From the NCBI RefSeq assembly GCF_001194135.2, contig NC_068985.1, positions 67,102,494 through 67,150,147 on the forward strand: DNA of 47,654 bases, read 5' to 3'. Numbering within the stretch: the first letter of the stretch is position 1; every line of letters begins with the position of its first letter. Shown here piece by piece: positions 1-12,200 of this stretch. The notes beneath the pieces are model-generated. The model worked only from the letters and a program-made list of their open reading frames with translations. It searched no databases and had not been told where the DNA came from. The translations under genes and the position numbers were made by a program. Source of the stretch: Octopus bimaculoides (taxonomy: Eukaryota).

Positions 1-685
1 CTCTCAAATATTTTGGCAGGGCATTGAAGAGCTGAGGTCCCCTGAAACCGAGGCTGCTGCAGTATCTCGTTCTTATGTGAGATGCAGTGGACAGCACCTT
101 TGGCACCATGCAGTGGCGACCCCTGCGGGCATTCCTGTAGTACCTGATGCCAAAGTTTGGCACCAGTCCTTCCAGTATTTTCCATATATATATTATTACA
201 TATCTCTCCCGCCTGCGCTGCAGGGAGTAGAGACATAGTGCCTTCAGTCGCTCCTTGTAGTTCATCTGTTGGACTGTGGCGATCTTTTATGTATAGTGCC
301 GCTGAATTGCCTCGAGTTCTGCCGTCCGCTTGACACTGTGTGGTGACCACAACTGTCAGCAATAGTCTAGGCGGCTCAGAACAAATGTCTTCCATAGAGT
401 CAACATGACTTTTTGATCCCTTGTACGGAATGTCCTCAGTATCCACCCTGCCAGTTGTCTGCATTTTGCTGTCAACTTGACAATGTGCATGTGAAATGAT
501 GCATCACTACACATGTTGATGCCCAGGTCTCTTACTGTTTGTGGTTCTGGGATTGCAGTACCTCCAGATCCTGTGTATGTCAGTTGGGAGGCACTTGTGG
601 CCTTGTAGCGCAGTACTTGAAAATTTTTTTGCATTGAACTGCATATTATTTTGCTCTGCCCACTCGTATATTGCATTTAGTTCAT
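1..685 (-). mobile_element. CR1/L2-group LINE ORF2 C-terminal remnant (RT thumb and downstream), frameshifted, runs off the window edge
   Basis: Minus-strand translation across frames: ELNAIYEWAEQNNMQFNAKKFQVLRY...VRDLGI...ILRTFRTRDQKVMLTLWKTFVLSRLDYC*QLWSP...ELEAIQR...YKERLKAL.LYSLQRRRER, typical of the CR1/L2 ORF2 C-terminus; contains stops and frameshifts. Confidence 0.85.
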
Positions 686-1194
686 NNNNNNNNNNNNNNN
701 NNNNNNNNNNNNNNNNNNNNNNNNNNNNNNNNNNNNNNNNNNNNNNNNNNNNNNNNNNNNNNNNNNNNNNNNNNNNNNNNNNNNNNNNNNNNNNNNNNNN
801 NNNNNNNNNNNNNNNNNNNNNNNNNNNNNNNNNNNNNNNNNNNNNNNNNNNNNNNNNNNNNNNNNNNNNNNNNNNNNNNNNNNNNNNNNNNNNNNNNNNN
901 NNNNNNNNNNNNNNNNNNNNNNNNNNNNNNNNNNNNNNNNNNNNNNNNNNNNNNNNNNNNNNNNNNNNNNNNNNNNNNNNNNNNNNNNNNNNNNNNNNNN
1001 NNNNNNNNNNNNNNNNNNNNNNNNNNNNNNNNNNNNNNNNNNNNNNNNNNNNNNNNNNNNNNNNNNNNNNNNNNNNNNNNNNNNNNNNNNNNNNNNNNNN
1101 NNNNNNNNNNNNNNNNNNNNNNNNNNNNNNNNNNNNNNNNNNNNNNNNNNNNNNNNNNNNNNNNNNNNNNNNNNNNNNNNNNNNNNNNNNNNNN

Positions 1195-1487
1195 TAGGTA
1201 ATGGATGCAGTCTTTTTCTGCTGAGTGCTATTGTCACAGAAATCAGCTGGGTTCTTTATCTGCATGTGACTCAGAGGAGAAGTGAAGAAACTCTTGAATT
1301 GTGCACTGAGCACTTCACTTATCCATGTGGGATCTGCAGTTAGTGAGCCATTAGGCAGGAATAGCTGGTGGTGTTTGGGATGGGCAAATTTGCAGTTTCG
1401 TCCCTTTTCCCCGTGCCAGCAGGTACCATTTAGGTAGAATTTACAGATAATCTGTTTCTTTTTCTTTGTATGACGTGTATAACCCAC
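1195..1487 (-). mobile_element. LINE fragment: CCCH zinc finger (ORF1-like) joined to a pre-RT ORF2 linker
   Basis: CKFYLNGTCWHGEKGRNCKFAH (C-x7-C-x8-C-x3-H, about 1380-1445) followed within a few codons by LPNGSLTADPTWISEVLSAQFKSFFTSP, which resembles the ORF2 linker before RT; same strand as the 1-685 fragment across the gap. Confidence 0.6.
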
Positions 1488-1789
1488 CAGTAAGAGCAGC
1501 CAAAAACTCTGGTTTCAAGCTATTTTAAGCGAAATAAAATATTTATCAAGCTCAGCTTTCATCAGCAGAACAAGCTAGATTAACATATAAACACGAGGCA
1601 CTACATAGAAAACTTGACTTGTGCTTATATGCTTTATTTTTCAAAGTATACCGCGCACGTGCAGTTACCTTATCGGCTGCAAATACAAACAAAATGCCGA
1701 TTTTCTTTCAGAAATTAGCCCCAAAACATTTTATCATTATTAATAAATCTCAGGGTAGCAAAAACAATTTAGAAATTTTATTTACTACC

Positions 1790-2030
1790 ACTTAAAGATC
1801 TACATGGGGTTGATGTGGAAGTTTTCAAGGAACGTCTGGGCAACTCTCTGTCTGAGATACCAGATGAACCCAGATCGCGGCGGGAGACGCAAAGAAGAGC
1901 AACTCCGCCCAACTCGCTATCTCACCCAAAACAATATCGGAAACAACACCGAGTAACTACAGGTGGTGCACCAGCATGACCTCAACGCTGGTCTGAAACC
2001 AGTAAAAGATAAAAGATATAAGATACATAC
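1790..2030 (+). mobile_element. 3' end of a CR1/L2-group LINE (ORF2 C-terminus, 3' UTR, short AAGATA-type tail)
   Basis: LKDLHGVDVEVFKERLGNSLSEIPDEPRSRRETQRRATPPNSL resembles the terminal DxxLxxIPDEP motif of these elements; ends in AAAAGATAAAAGATATAAGATA. Confidence 0.6.
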
Positions 2031-2035
2031 ATACA

Positions 2036-2069
<34 letters not shown>

Positions 2070-2869
2070 GTGTTTCCTTCAGTGAAATGTGTGTCTCGGT
2101 ACCTCCACTTAAATGCATGTGTAGCTCAAAGTGACATATTTTATATTTCATAAATATCAATGGCTATGCAGCGAATATGTAAGGACTTCTCGTTGCCTGT
2201 TGTGTAATTTATGTATCAAGTCTACTGATGTTTAGAATTTACGAGCAAACACGTATGTGAACTTCTGTCCATTCGATAAAATAGTTTTACTTTGATCGTA
2301 ATCTAATATAAATAACAACAAATATGTGTCTGCATCATAAGTCCACAAAAACTTGCTAGCATAAATATTCAAATGCCATTCAAATGGTGATATACTCCAT
2401 CTAATAACCAAATCGTAAAATAATGGAATAGAATTTCTATCTAAATGAAATCAAATACAATTGCAGCGTGTAAGGTGGTTATGCTAAAAATCCTGAGCAT
2501 ACAATGAAACAACAAAAATACCTACATAATTGGGACCAGTCCCATTCCCAGAACCGGAGAAACCTTAAATATCCTTGGAAAACAACATGGGATACAAGAA
2601 GTATGATGAGGAAGACTTTGAAGACAGAACCAAAACGACGACTTTAAGACGAATACATACAGGTCAAAATAACAACGGCTTCAATCTCATCATACGTAGA
2701 CATGCCATCACTATTTGTTCTGAAATTCATTATTGTTTCAACAGTAGGTAGTACCCCCTAATGGAACGGTGTCAACACCATCGGCTCTCTCGGTCACTAT
2801 CTCCGTTTCTGTCTCTCTGTCTCTCGCTGTCTCTCTCTGTCTCTCTCCTTCTACTCCCTCTCTTTTCAA

Positions 2870-3780
2870 GTCGATCTTCGTTAGTGTATCATATATAATC
2901 TCTATTCTATCAGCCAGTATAGACATTTTCAATCAGTACACCAGTACTACTGCAGTTCGCTTATTAGAGCTGGGTGTGTTGCTAACATCGAGTATATACC
3001 CACTTGGCATAACCCTAGCTCTTCCGCACGAAATACTAGCTACTGTCCTATTCCTACTGACAACATTTCTGGTCACAGTACCCAGCTTCACTCCTCATCT
3101 GCGCTCAGGCCCCAATCCAGTTATACCTATCCTAATATGCATTAACCCATCCGTCATATATTTCCTTTTAGATATCTAAGGGCCCTATTAAATTTTGTAA
3201 TAGTTTGCCTTTTACTGAGTTCTATATTGAATCAGCTAGTAGGGATGCATCAGGAACGTTAATTACTAGGGAATTTCCTGGACCCATCACGAGAAAGTTT
3301 CAGTCTGGTACATTGTCTAGGGTTAAGAAGAATGCTAGAAAAAGGGATATAACCTGTTTCCTTCCACCCACCCCGCTCAATATTCAGTGTAGTCTCCGGA
3401 AATTGTCTTTTGCTGTTTTAGAGAAGTACTTTACCCCATCTCTCAAGTATAGGAAGATTTTAAATCCCCACTCCGTTAATTTGTCATGCTCTACCGCCAC
3501 TAACGTAACTGATTGTATACGGAGGATTAATAACGGCACAACTACATAGTAACCCACATATAAAACCACACAAGACACCATTGTCGAATCTGAGTTAACT
3601 GACATCCCGTTTGTTAGCACCAGATCCAGTTCGCTCTTCCAACAAAACGGGCGTGATTATGGTGTAAATACCACGCACAACAACAATTTTAATGAGAACA
3701 ACGTCACTAGTATTAACCACCGCATCTTTAATCCTACCAAGACTATCGCTAATAAGACGAGTACTGTTTTAATCGCAGCC
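2870..3780 (+). mobile_element. Penelope-like element remnant 1 (RT thumb plus linker; no GIY-YIG seen)
   Basis: ILSASIDIFNQY/YYCSSLIRAGCVANIEY and RKRDITCFLPPTPLNIQCSLRKLSFAVLEKYFTPSLKYRKILNPHSVNLSCST resemble the PLE RKRNIIWFNPPYS-type linker and parallel the PLE remnants at 40750 and 44620-46130. Confidence 0.72.
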
Positions 3781-3862
3781 GTGTCAGCTCTGCGCACAGT
3801 TTCCTAAACCAACAACATAGCACGCTCTTCTTTTATCCACCACTCTAATGATTTACTTTGTA

Positions 3863-5139
3863 TCCGGTCATCCCATAAGTACCGTCCGATTTTACCTTTT
3901 TTAAAATTGAATGAAATTTAATAGTATTTTAGAATGTCTATTGGAATTTAAAAAAATATTTTTATGCATTTGTGTACATTTAAACTAATTAAATATTATT
4001 TTACAGAATAATAGAATTAAAATTTCTTTGATTAAAACCCTTTCCAACATGGAAGTATCCAAAGAGCATTTAAGGCACATAATGCTTTATGAGTACAAAA
4101 AAGGAAACTCTGCAGCCGAAGCGACTCGAAACATACACTCAGTTTATGGGAAAGAATGCTTGAATGAAAGAACTTGCAGAAGATGCTTTGCAAAATTCAG
4201 AAGTCGAGATTTCAGCCTTGAAGATGAAGATCGAACAGGACGTCGAGTTGAGTTTGATGATAAGCACCTTGAGGCATTACTTGAATATCAGTTGAAGAAT
4301 TGGCAATAAAGCTTAGTTCAAACCATACAACTGTTCATCGTCATCTTCAACAACTTGGAAATGTACCTAAACTTCGAAAATCGGTGCCTCATGAATTGTC
4401 CGAAAGCAATCGCAAATCCGGAGTTGACATCTGCTCTTCTTTCTATTCTCGTAAACTCATTTCACCTTTTTTGGATATACTTGTGACTGGTGACGGAAAA
4501 TGGATCTTCTATCAAAATGTTAAACGTCGTAAACAGTGGCTTGGTAAAAGGGAAACAGCTGAACCACAACCGAGAACGGAACTTCATGGGAAAAAGATTC
4601 TTCAGTCTATCTGGTGGGCTTGCAAAGGAGTATTTCACTTTAAATTGTTACCACCTAATGCAACAATCAATGCTCAAGTCTACTTTCAGCAATTAGAGCG
4701 TTTGAACCGAGCTTTGAAGAAAAAAGACCCGCTTTAGTGAATCGGAAAGGAGTGATGTTTCATCAGGACAATTCGCGACCCTACACAACAAAGACCACAT
4801 CATAGAAGATCGAAGATCGAAGATCTTGGTTGGGAAACAATTTCTCTTCCACCTTATTCTCCCAACCTTGCTCCTTCAGACTACCATTTGTTTCGTAGTT
4901 TACAAAATCATTTGGAGGACATAACTTTCGGAAGCTAGTAGAAGGTCGATACTGACATTTCAGAGTTCTTCGCTTTGAAACCAGAAGAGTTTTACATTGA
5001 TGGGATTCAAAAGCTTGTTAATAGATGGATGAAGTCATAGATAATCAAGGAAAGTACATTGATGCATAAATTTAAATATAACATTTGATCACTTGTTTTC
5101 TTTATTCAGAATTCGGACAGAACTTATGGGATGACCTGA
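3863..5139 (+). mobile_element. Full-length mariner DNA transposon, inactivated
   Basis: TIRs TCCGGTCATCCCATAAGTACCGTCCGATT (from 3863) and the reverse complement of the right end TCAGGTCATCCCATAAGTTCTGTCCGAAT (to 5139), about 25/29 identical; TA at 3861-3862 and 5140-5141; 1277 bp; contains the transposase pseudogene. Confidence 0.95.
4049..5069 (+). pseudogene. Mariner transposase pseudogene
   Basis: MEVSKEHLRHIMLYEYKKGNSAAEA..., VPHEL, VTGDGKW, FHQDNSRP, PPYSPNLAPSDYHLF motifs; frameshift near 4290, stop at 4735-4737 and further indels. Confidence 0.93.
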
Positions 5140-5371
5140 TAACATTTTTTTCCGAATGAACTCTTATTACTTCCCACTTCACTGTACGATTCCGCCATTT
5201 TTACGTTGCCAAGATCCTTATTTTCGCAGCTAGTTCATAACATTCTACCGTTCACATTAACAGCCGAAACCAGCTTCACACTCGACACCATATACTGTGT
5301 CAACTGTTCGACACAATTTTTGCCCAGCACCATCTGACACCGACTGCGTCGCACCCGCTACTACATAGATC

Positions 5372-6800
5372 AGGGCTTTGCATCAAAATATGAAAGCTAG
5401 AGTTAATTTTGGTGGTAGGTTTTCTGAATCTTTTGCCGTGGAAAATGGAGTAAAGCAAGGGGACCTTGATGCACCTATCCTCTTTGCAATATATATTGTT
5501 GGGTTGTCACACATTTTCAAAACTCCGATGAGGGTATTTATATAAAATATCGAACAACAGAGAATGCTTTTAACGTGACCAGACTGAAATTCAAAACGAA
5601 GGTTTTTACTTCACCCGTAAGGGAACTCTTATACGCTGACTATTGCGATCTACTCAGTCATTTTGGAACAGGTCTGAAATCTCTTGTATCTGCATTTGAC
5701 TCACCTTGTAATATATCAACCTGCATGTGGTACTGGTTGCAACTCCCCCAAAAATGTATTGTTGAGGGCAAGCTACTTGAGGTTGTTGATTCTTTCATCT
5801 ACCTTGTAAGCTCTGTACAAAATGATGGAAATTTGGACACAGAAATATATCTGAGAATTCAAAGGGCAGCACAAGCATTTCGTGGTTTAAAGTCACGCGT
5901 TTGGCGCCAATAACATATAAATAACAATGCAAAATTGGATCTTTAGAAATCATTTGTCATACAATCCCTGTTGTATTCTTCTGAGTCATGGACATGTTAT
6001 AAAAAAACATTTCATACTGTTAGAACAATCCCACGAAAAATGCCTTCATCGCATTTTAAACATTAAATGGAGTTCTTTTACCCCGACACAGATGTCCTTG
6101 CATCTGCAGGCATCACCTCAATTAAAGCAATGATTAAAAAAAACAAAACAAATGTATGCCAATATTGTTCGAATGGCAGACGAACGCATACCCAAACAGC
6201 TGTTTTATGGTGAACTTGCAGAGTGGAAATGCTATCACTTTAAACATAAAAAAGGTTTAAGGACGGCATAAGGACTAGGAATGGATCCATATGACATAGA
6301 AAACATTGCTTTGGATCGACCTAAAAAGCGAACAAATGTGTGGAGTGAAAGCGATTGAAAAAGCCAGCATAACGCATGCAAGACTCAAGAGAGAGATTTA
6401 AAGAATAATGTTACGACCAAGAATATAAATCAGAATGAACTTTTTGTGTGCATAGTTTGTGATAGACCATGCTTTTCTTTTGCTGGGTTCAAACCTCATT
6501 TGCGAACCAATGGAAAACAAACTTCCGCCAACTATTCTACTTATATGTCTCTGCGCACCTTTCAATGCAATGTATACCAGAAGGTTTGTAAATCTAACGG
6601 AGGCCTCAACCAACATTTTTAGATGCACAAAGATCAGAACTTAAGTGTAGATCTTGGTGGTTCAAATCGGATATGTAATGTATGTGGGTGTCTTTTCAAA
6701 ACATTGTCTGGTTTAAAAAGCCACATTAGATGCCATGATGTTTCTGAGGTGTAGGTACAGGAGGTGGACAAACTCTGTATAAGGAGTAGACGACTACCAT
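5372..6800 (+). mobile_element. 5'-truncated RTE-clade (BovB-like) LINE remnant with C-terminal C2H2 zinc fingers
   Basis: IRALHQNMKARV...FAVENGVKQGDLDAPILF, RELLYADY (degenerate YADD), EVVDSFIYLVS, RIQRAAQAFRGLKSRVW, RMADERIPKQLFYGEL; ends next to a TA/TACA tract. Confidence 0.9.
6449..6754 (+). pseudogene. Three tandem C2H2-type zinc fingers at the C-terminus of the RTE ORF
   Basis: One frame: CIVCDRPCFSFAGFKPHLRTN; CNVYQKVCKSNGGLNQHF*MH (stop at 6620-6622); CNVCGCLFKTLSGLKSHIRCH; terminal TAG at 6752-6754. Confidence 0.8.
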
Positions 6801-6964
6801 ACATATAAATAGGTAGATAAATAAATAGCTGTATATACATACATATATATATATATATANNNNNNNNNNNNNNNNNNNNNNNNNNNNNNNNNNNNNNNNN
6901 NNNNNNNNNNNNNNNNNNNNNNNNNNNNNNNNNNNNNNNNNNNNNNNNNNNNNNNNNNNATATA

Positions 6965-7458
6965 AAGGAGACATCTAGGTGGACTGTTAATGTGCTAGAA
7001 GAAGGTCACATGTAATGCGTCTAGATGTGTCTACTGTTTTAATTTAATTAACCATAACCACGTTCTCAAAGTTGGTAAATCCGATGCGGAAACTATTTTC
7101 TGCAGAGATATTTCCGGATTTAGCGCCCAAAACGAAGACTTTTGAATCAAACCATAAATATAATCAACAGAACCATGTGGACGTTCTTCATTCGTGGGGA
7201 ACAACTAGAATATTATTCTGGGAATTATATTTCTTTGGCGGTCCGTACTGATGAGAAACAGATATTTTCAGCAAGGAAATATTAATTTCGAAACCGATCT
7301 ACGGATAACATCGTATGTATTTATGTAATTTTTACTTGTCTTGCCCGTATATGTTTTGTTGCTTCGATAAATTTATCTTTGAGAACAATTCGGTCTTAGT
7401 AGACGCATTACATGTGATCTTGTTCTAGCACATTAACAGTCCATCTAGTGGTCTCCTT
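6965..7458. mobile_element. Non-autonomous 494-bp element with 59-bp terminal inverted repeats, inserted in a TA tract, carrying a hammerhead fold
   Basis: 6965-7023 versus the reverse complement of 7400-7458: 54/59 identical; TATA on both flanks (6961-6964, 7459-7462); no ORF. Confidence 0.85.
7242..7305 (+). ncRNA. Type I minimal hammerhead ribozyme candidate
   Basis: Stem I TCCGTA/TACGGA, core CTGATGA (7248-7254), stem II GAAA/TTTC plus an inner ATATTT/AAATAT stem, GAAA (7290-7293), short stem III ACCGAT (one change from a palindrome), AUC site ending at 7299. Confidence 0.75.
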
Positions 7459-7805
7459 TATATATACATATACAGTAATCCTTTGAGATCTTAGATATTT
7501 TTTTCTGAATTTCCTTGAGTCTTTCAATGTGCTTGTTCCCTGGTATTAAATTGATATTAATATCCAATTTTTTACCCTACTGTTTTAATTATATAGATAG
7601 GTATATATATGTAGGTGACTTTGGAGGGATTTATTATCCCAGCGGATATGGTATTAGCTCTCAGTTAAGTTCCAATTAACGGCTAACCGCCCTGATCAAT
7701 ATCTAATGTTTCTGTCTACATTTAGTTGTTAGTCACTCCGTCTATTCTTCAAATCTGCAATTTCGTGTACTCTTCGCCTGACGGTAAAAAAATCTCTGGA
7801 GTATA

Positions 7806-7900
7806 CAATAATCCTTCGACTGTCGCGGGTGTTACGTTCCGAAACCTCGCATGATCACTAAAAATCCGTGAAGTAGAAACGGTACTGTTCTCTATATATT
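7806..7900 (+). mobile_element. Possible pogo/Tigger-type MITE terminal fragment
   Basis: TA followed by CAATAATCCTTCGACTGTCGCGGGTGTTACGTTCC..., resembling Tigger-like CAGTAxTCCCTCG termini from memory; no partner TIR found. Confidence 0.4.
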
Positions 7901-7929
7901 TGTAATCATTTTTATAATTTGTATATATT

Positions 7930-9200
7930 TATTTTATTATAAATGCAAAGTAATACCACACACTTGCCTCCCGAATTTCGTTTTGTTCTCTTCTTGTTGC
8001 TTAGTGGTTTTGATTGTCTATTAGTTTCGTTAAGGATTGACAGATCTTTTCTCTTGTTTTCTATTTTGTTCTGGATATCATTTATCCACAGGATTTGTTT
8101 GTGAGGTGGCACTCCTGTTTCGATGGGTTTGAGGGAGTATCCAGCTTCTTTTATGTCCACAGCGGCTGCTGCATATATTATATCATTTAGCTTGGACATA
8201 ATGACATTTGTTTCTGTGGTTATGTAATTCTGAGACGGTCAGGTTCATGCTATTTAATTTTTTGTTTGTTTTAGTGTCAATTTTAATTTTTGAGAGGTAC
8301 AATCGGAGGTCCATACTGAGATCTGTGGCTTTCATTTCTTTGATTATGCTCATTTTTAGAGTATCATAATTATTAGGTTCACCTGCACTGTTTCCAGGCT
8401 TTAGCTTTGTTTAGTAATCCCTCCCGTTCAGATTTTTGTCTGTGGTGTTCTGGTTTGGTGCATTTTGCTAATCATTATACATTCCTACGGTCTCCATTTG
8501 TTGTTTTCAGTTGTTTACTTCACTTTCGTTGGAAATGTTATGTCTTTCTTCGTATTTTACATTCCCAGTGCTTATCATATTATTTTGCATTGCTATGTGG
8601 TTACTATCTATATTTTCCTGATGTATATTTACTTTTAAGTGTTCTATTTCTACTTCTGATAATTTGTTGCTTTTAGAATATACATTCGTATGTTAGATCG
8701 TCTATTAGGGTTCCTTGCTATATCCAAGTCTTTATCTAGGTTATTTTTCTTCCAGATTTGATACGTATGTGTTGTTGTGTTTTCGTTCTTTGGTAGAGCA
8801 CTGCTGTAAAATTAGCGTGTCGGATTTAAATATTTTCCTCACGTGTCAATTTATACTTTTCGATTTTATTTACGTGACATGAGAAATAACGTCCGGCCCT
8901 TTATTTTGCCGGTCATCATTTTTGGCGGGTACCAGTCCGTTCATTTCTGGTGTTAAATAAATTTACAAGTGTAATTTTTGTACTTTTGTGTAACAAGTTT
9001 AAAGTACGTACTTCCCGATTGTTATTCTTGGGTTGAATAATACAGGTATTATTTAATTTATTATTATTTTTTTTTTGTACATGGTGTTTGGGGACGGAGA
9101 TGGTCTGGTGTTGATTAGATCGTAACGTGGCGAGCGTGTTTAACATGTGCTGCGCGAGCAATAGAGATGATACACAGTTAAAACATCATTTAATTTGGAA
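7930..9200 (-). mobile_element. R4/Dong-like (RLE-type) LINE, N-terminal ORF remnant
   Basis: KYKLTREENI...TYQIWKKNN...SNIRMYILK and SKLNDIIYAAAAVDIKEAGY...PPHKQILWINDIQNKIENKRKDLSIL; 5' end abuts an (ATT)n tract at about 9208-9255; nucleotide similarity to 32600-32690. Confidence 0.7.
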
Positions 9201-9221
9201 AAAAGAAGTTATTATTATTGC

Positions 9222-9257
<36 letters not shown>

Positions 9258-12200
9258 AATAATTGTTTTACGAACATTATATATGTATTATATATATCTG
9301 CACTTAAATGCCAGAAGAAAGAAGAGTTTTGCATGAGAGGACAAATGTATCTCTAATGGTAACTACCACAATATAGTTTGTTCTAACAGACCATTCACTT
9401 TTAAGCAGGATAAATATTACCTCTCAGTATTAATACTGCCTCTGTCGCTAATATACATACCCGCACCCATGCAAATAAATACAGGTACATATTTTTATCT
9501 GTAAAATTGTACTAAGCAATTCTGACAGTATCATTATTATGTCATTCTTATAGGATAGATATACGTATAGAATGTATCTAATGTAAATGTAAAACGACGT
9601 AATGTAAATACGAATTCTTCATATGATATTAACAACGTGTCTGCAGTATCATAATTTTTAAGGAAGATATAGTGATATTGATCCTCTGTTATCTAATCAG
9701 TTTCTTAAGTGTAAAACTGTTGGAAGTGATTTGCATTGCTAATATGAAACAATGATTGGGAAGCCGTATCTGGATAAGCATTGAGTTCTATGCATCAACT
9801 TTATCCAACATAATTAAGCAGTAAATTAAATTAAAACCAATGGAAAACAATACTACATTTAATAGCATATACTACAAATTATTTCAGGAAACTTTACAAT
9901 TATGTGTCTGCTGAGAATTATAATACCTAATAGCAATGAAAGCTGCATTTATGTTCTAATGACATCCTGAGGAATACTCCGGAAAAAATATCAATAATAA
10001 TTAATTGTGAAATTTAATTAAATTCACTTCTGAAATGCTGCTTAAATATTAATTTCATTAGTTTTACCTTCTTCCTATATCATAATTTTCGGTAGAAGTC
10101 CTCCGTATAAGGACTATGTTGTCAGGAATGAAAATTTACATCCTCGCATTAATCAACAAGAAATTCACTGAATAAATTTAATTTGCTTTAGTTTATATAA
10201 CATTAAGCCTCAATCCTTATATCTGTAACTCATAATTTACATTTAGAAATAATAAATTCAGATAAGTTTTGCCTTTCACTAGATTTTAGGTTGCCGTATA
10301 TTTATTCACTTAGTAGTTCTGATTTAAATTAATTATGATAGATGGCACTCCATCAATGACCACCCCGTATTGTTTTAGATATACTATACTTAGAACTACT
10401 TTACTCAAATTGCAATTTTTATTTATATGAGGAAGTGAGAAAGGGCAGAGGTTTGCTGTTTGCCTTAAATGTTTTATCGACAGATTCATCTTAAAATATA
10501 TTGGTACACTTTACATACGGACACGAAAACGAATTTCTATGTCCAAAATTAATTATCATAATTTGTATTTTCTCATTCCGAGCTCTAACTGAATTTATCT
10601 ATAGTTTCTCTCATAATGCTATGAATTATATGAAAAATAGTATGAAACATGTATTTCATTGTTTCAGTTCATCAAAATGATTTACGTAAATTTTAAATAT
10701 TCATTTCACAGCATTAATTTAATTATGTGCTCGATGTACGGCCTTCAAAATATTATCCTAGCAATATACCTGAAGGACATATCGATTATATATTCTCAAG
10801 GATACTCATGTGACTAAAGACATACGATAAGCCACTCCCGTTTAGGTTTTAGCCTATCGATTAACTACATCTCAAATGTTTGAAATGTATTCCCAATAAA
10901 TGATCAGCTAATCATATTAATACATTTTACGGGATATTAATAGTATATTATTATTTAGAAACTTAATGACTTATCATACATTTAGAAAAATATAATATAC
11001 ATGAATAAATAGTTCTAGCTTATACAAGTAAGTTTAAAATACAAAGAAGATTACAGAAGATATTTTATTTGTTGAACAGATCATTAGATATGCATTATAA
11101 TTAATAACGAACCTTCGACATTTTCGCAAACTGTGTGACGCTTCGATAGTTTTTAAGCGACTGTTTTTCCGTCAACCTATGTCGAATATTGTCCATTAAC
11201 TTTGTTCAACAATTTTAAATTTATGATTTAAATGCACATCCAAAGAGACATTTTTTATTCGTACGTTTCTGAAGGTTTAGCAATTCATTTTAATGTATCT
11301 TATCAGTGTGTGCATCTTTATAAAATATTAGAAGTTAAACTTCCAAATAGTTATATCCTATTGAATAATATTACCTATAATAATGTATTTAAAAACTAAA
11401 TTTTAATGATTTTATAATTTATTATAATTTATTTCTTTATCTTGATCTATATAATTTTTCCATCACAGATTACAATCGTTTAAAGATATATAGCTAACTT
11501 CCTTCACATTATTTTGTCGTTTGCATATATGTAACACATTTGCCTCTTCCTACGAGTGTATATACATATTTTGTGTACATGTGTATGCGTTATATGTGTT
11601 TATATCAAAATATATGTATAGTTAGTATTCGGCTTTGCATGTAAATATTTTGTCTATGCGCGTGCGTATTTATATGTATGTTTGTATGTATATAGGTAAG
11701 TATATATATATGGTTTATACAAGTGTATTTTACGTATCCCTGTAAGTATTTACACACACACATGTATATATNNNNNNNNNNNNNNNNNNNNNNNNNNNNN
11801 NNNNNNNNNNNNNNNNNNNNNNNNNNNNNNNNNNNNNNNNNNNNNNNNNNNNNNNNNNNNNNNNNNNNNNNNNNNNNNNNNNNNNNNNNNNNNNNNNNNN
11901 NNNNNNNNNNNNNNNNNNNNNNNNNNNNNNNNNNNNNNNNNNNNNNNNNNNNNNNNNNNNNNNNNNNNNNNNNNNNNNNNNNNNNNNNNNNNNNNNNNNN
12001 NNNNNNNNNNNNNNNNNNNNNNNNNNNNNNNNNNNNNNNNNNNNNNNNNNNNNNNNNNNNNNNNNNNNNNNNNNNNNNNNNNNNNNNNNNNNNNNNNNNN
12101 NNNNNNNNNNNNNNNNNNNNNNNNNNNNNNNNNNNNNNNNNNNNNNNNNNNNNNNNNNNNNNNNNNNNNNNNNNNNNNNNNNNNNNNNNNNNNNNNNNNN

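Noticed and set aside
1544-1565. Minus-strand CTGATGA-AAGC-TGA-GCTT-GATA
   Set aside because: GAAA is replaced by GATA and no stem III or stem I partner is present; at most a dead relic.
6449-6754. Host C2H2 zinc-finger gene
   Set aside because: Directly follows the RTE ORF remnant, is followed by a LINE-like 3' end, lacks TGEKP linkers and carries a stop.
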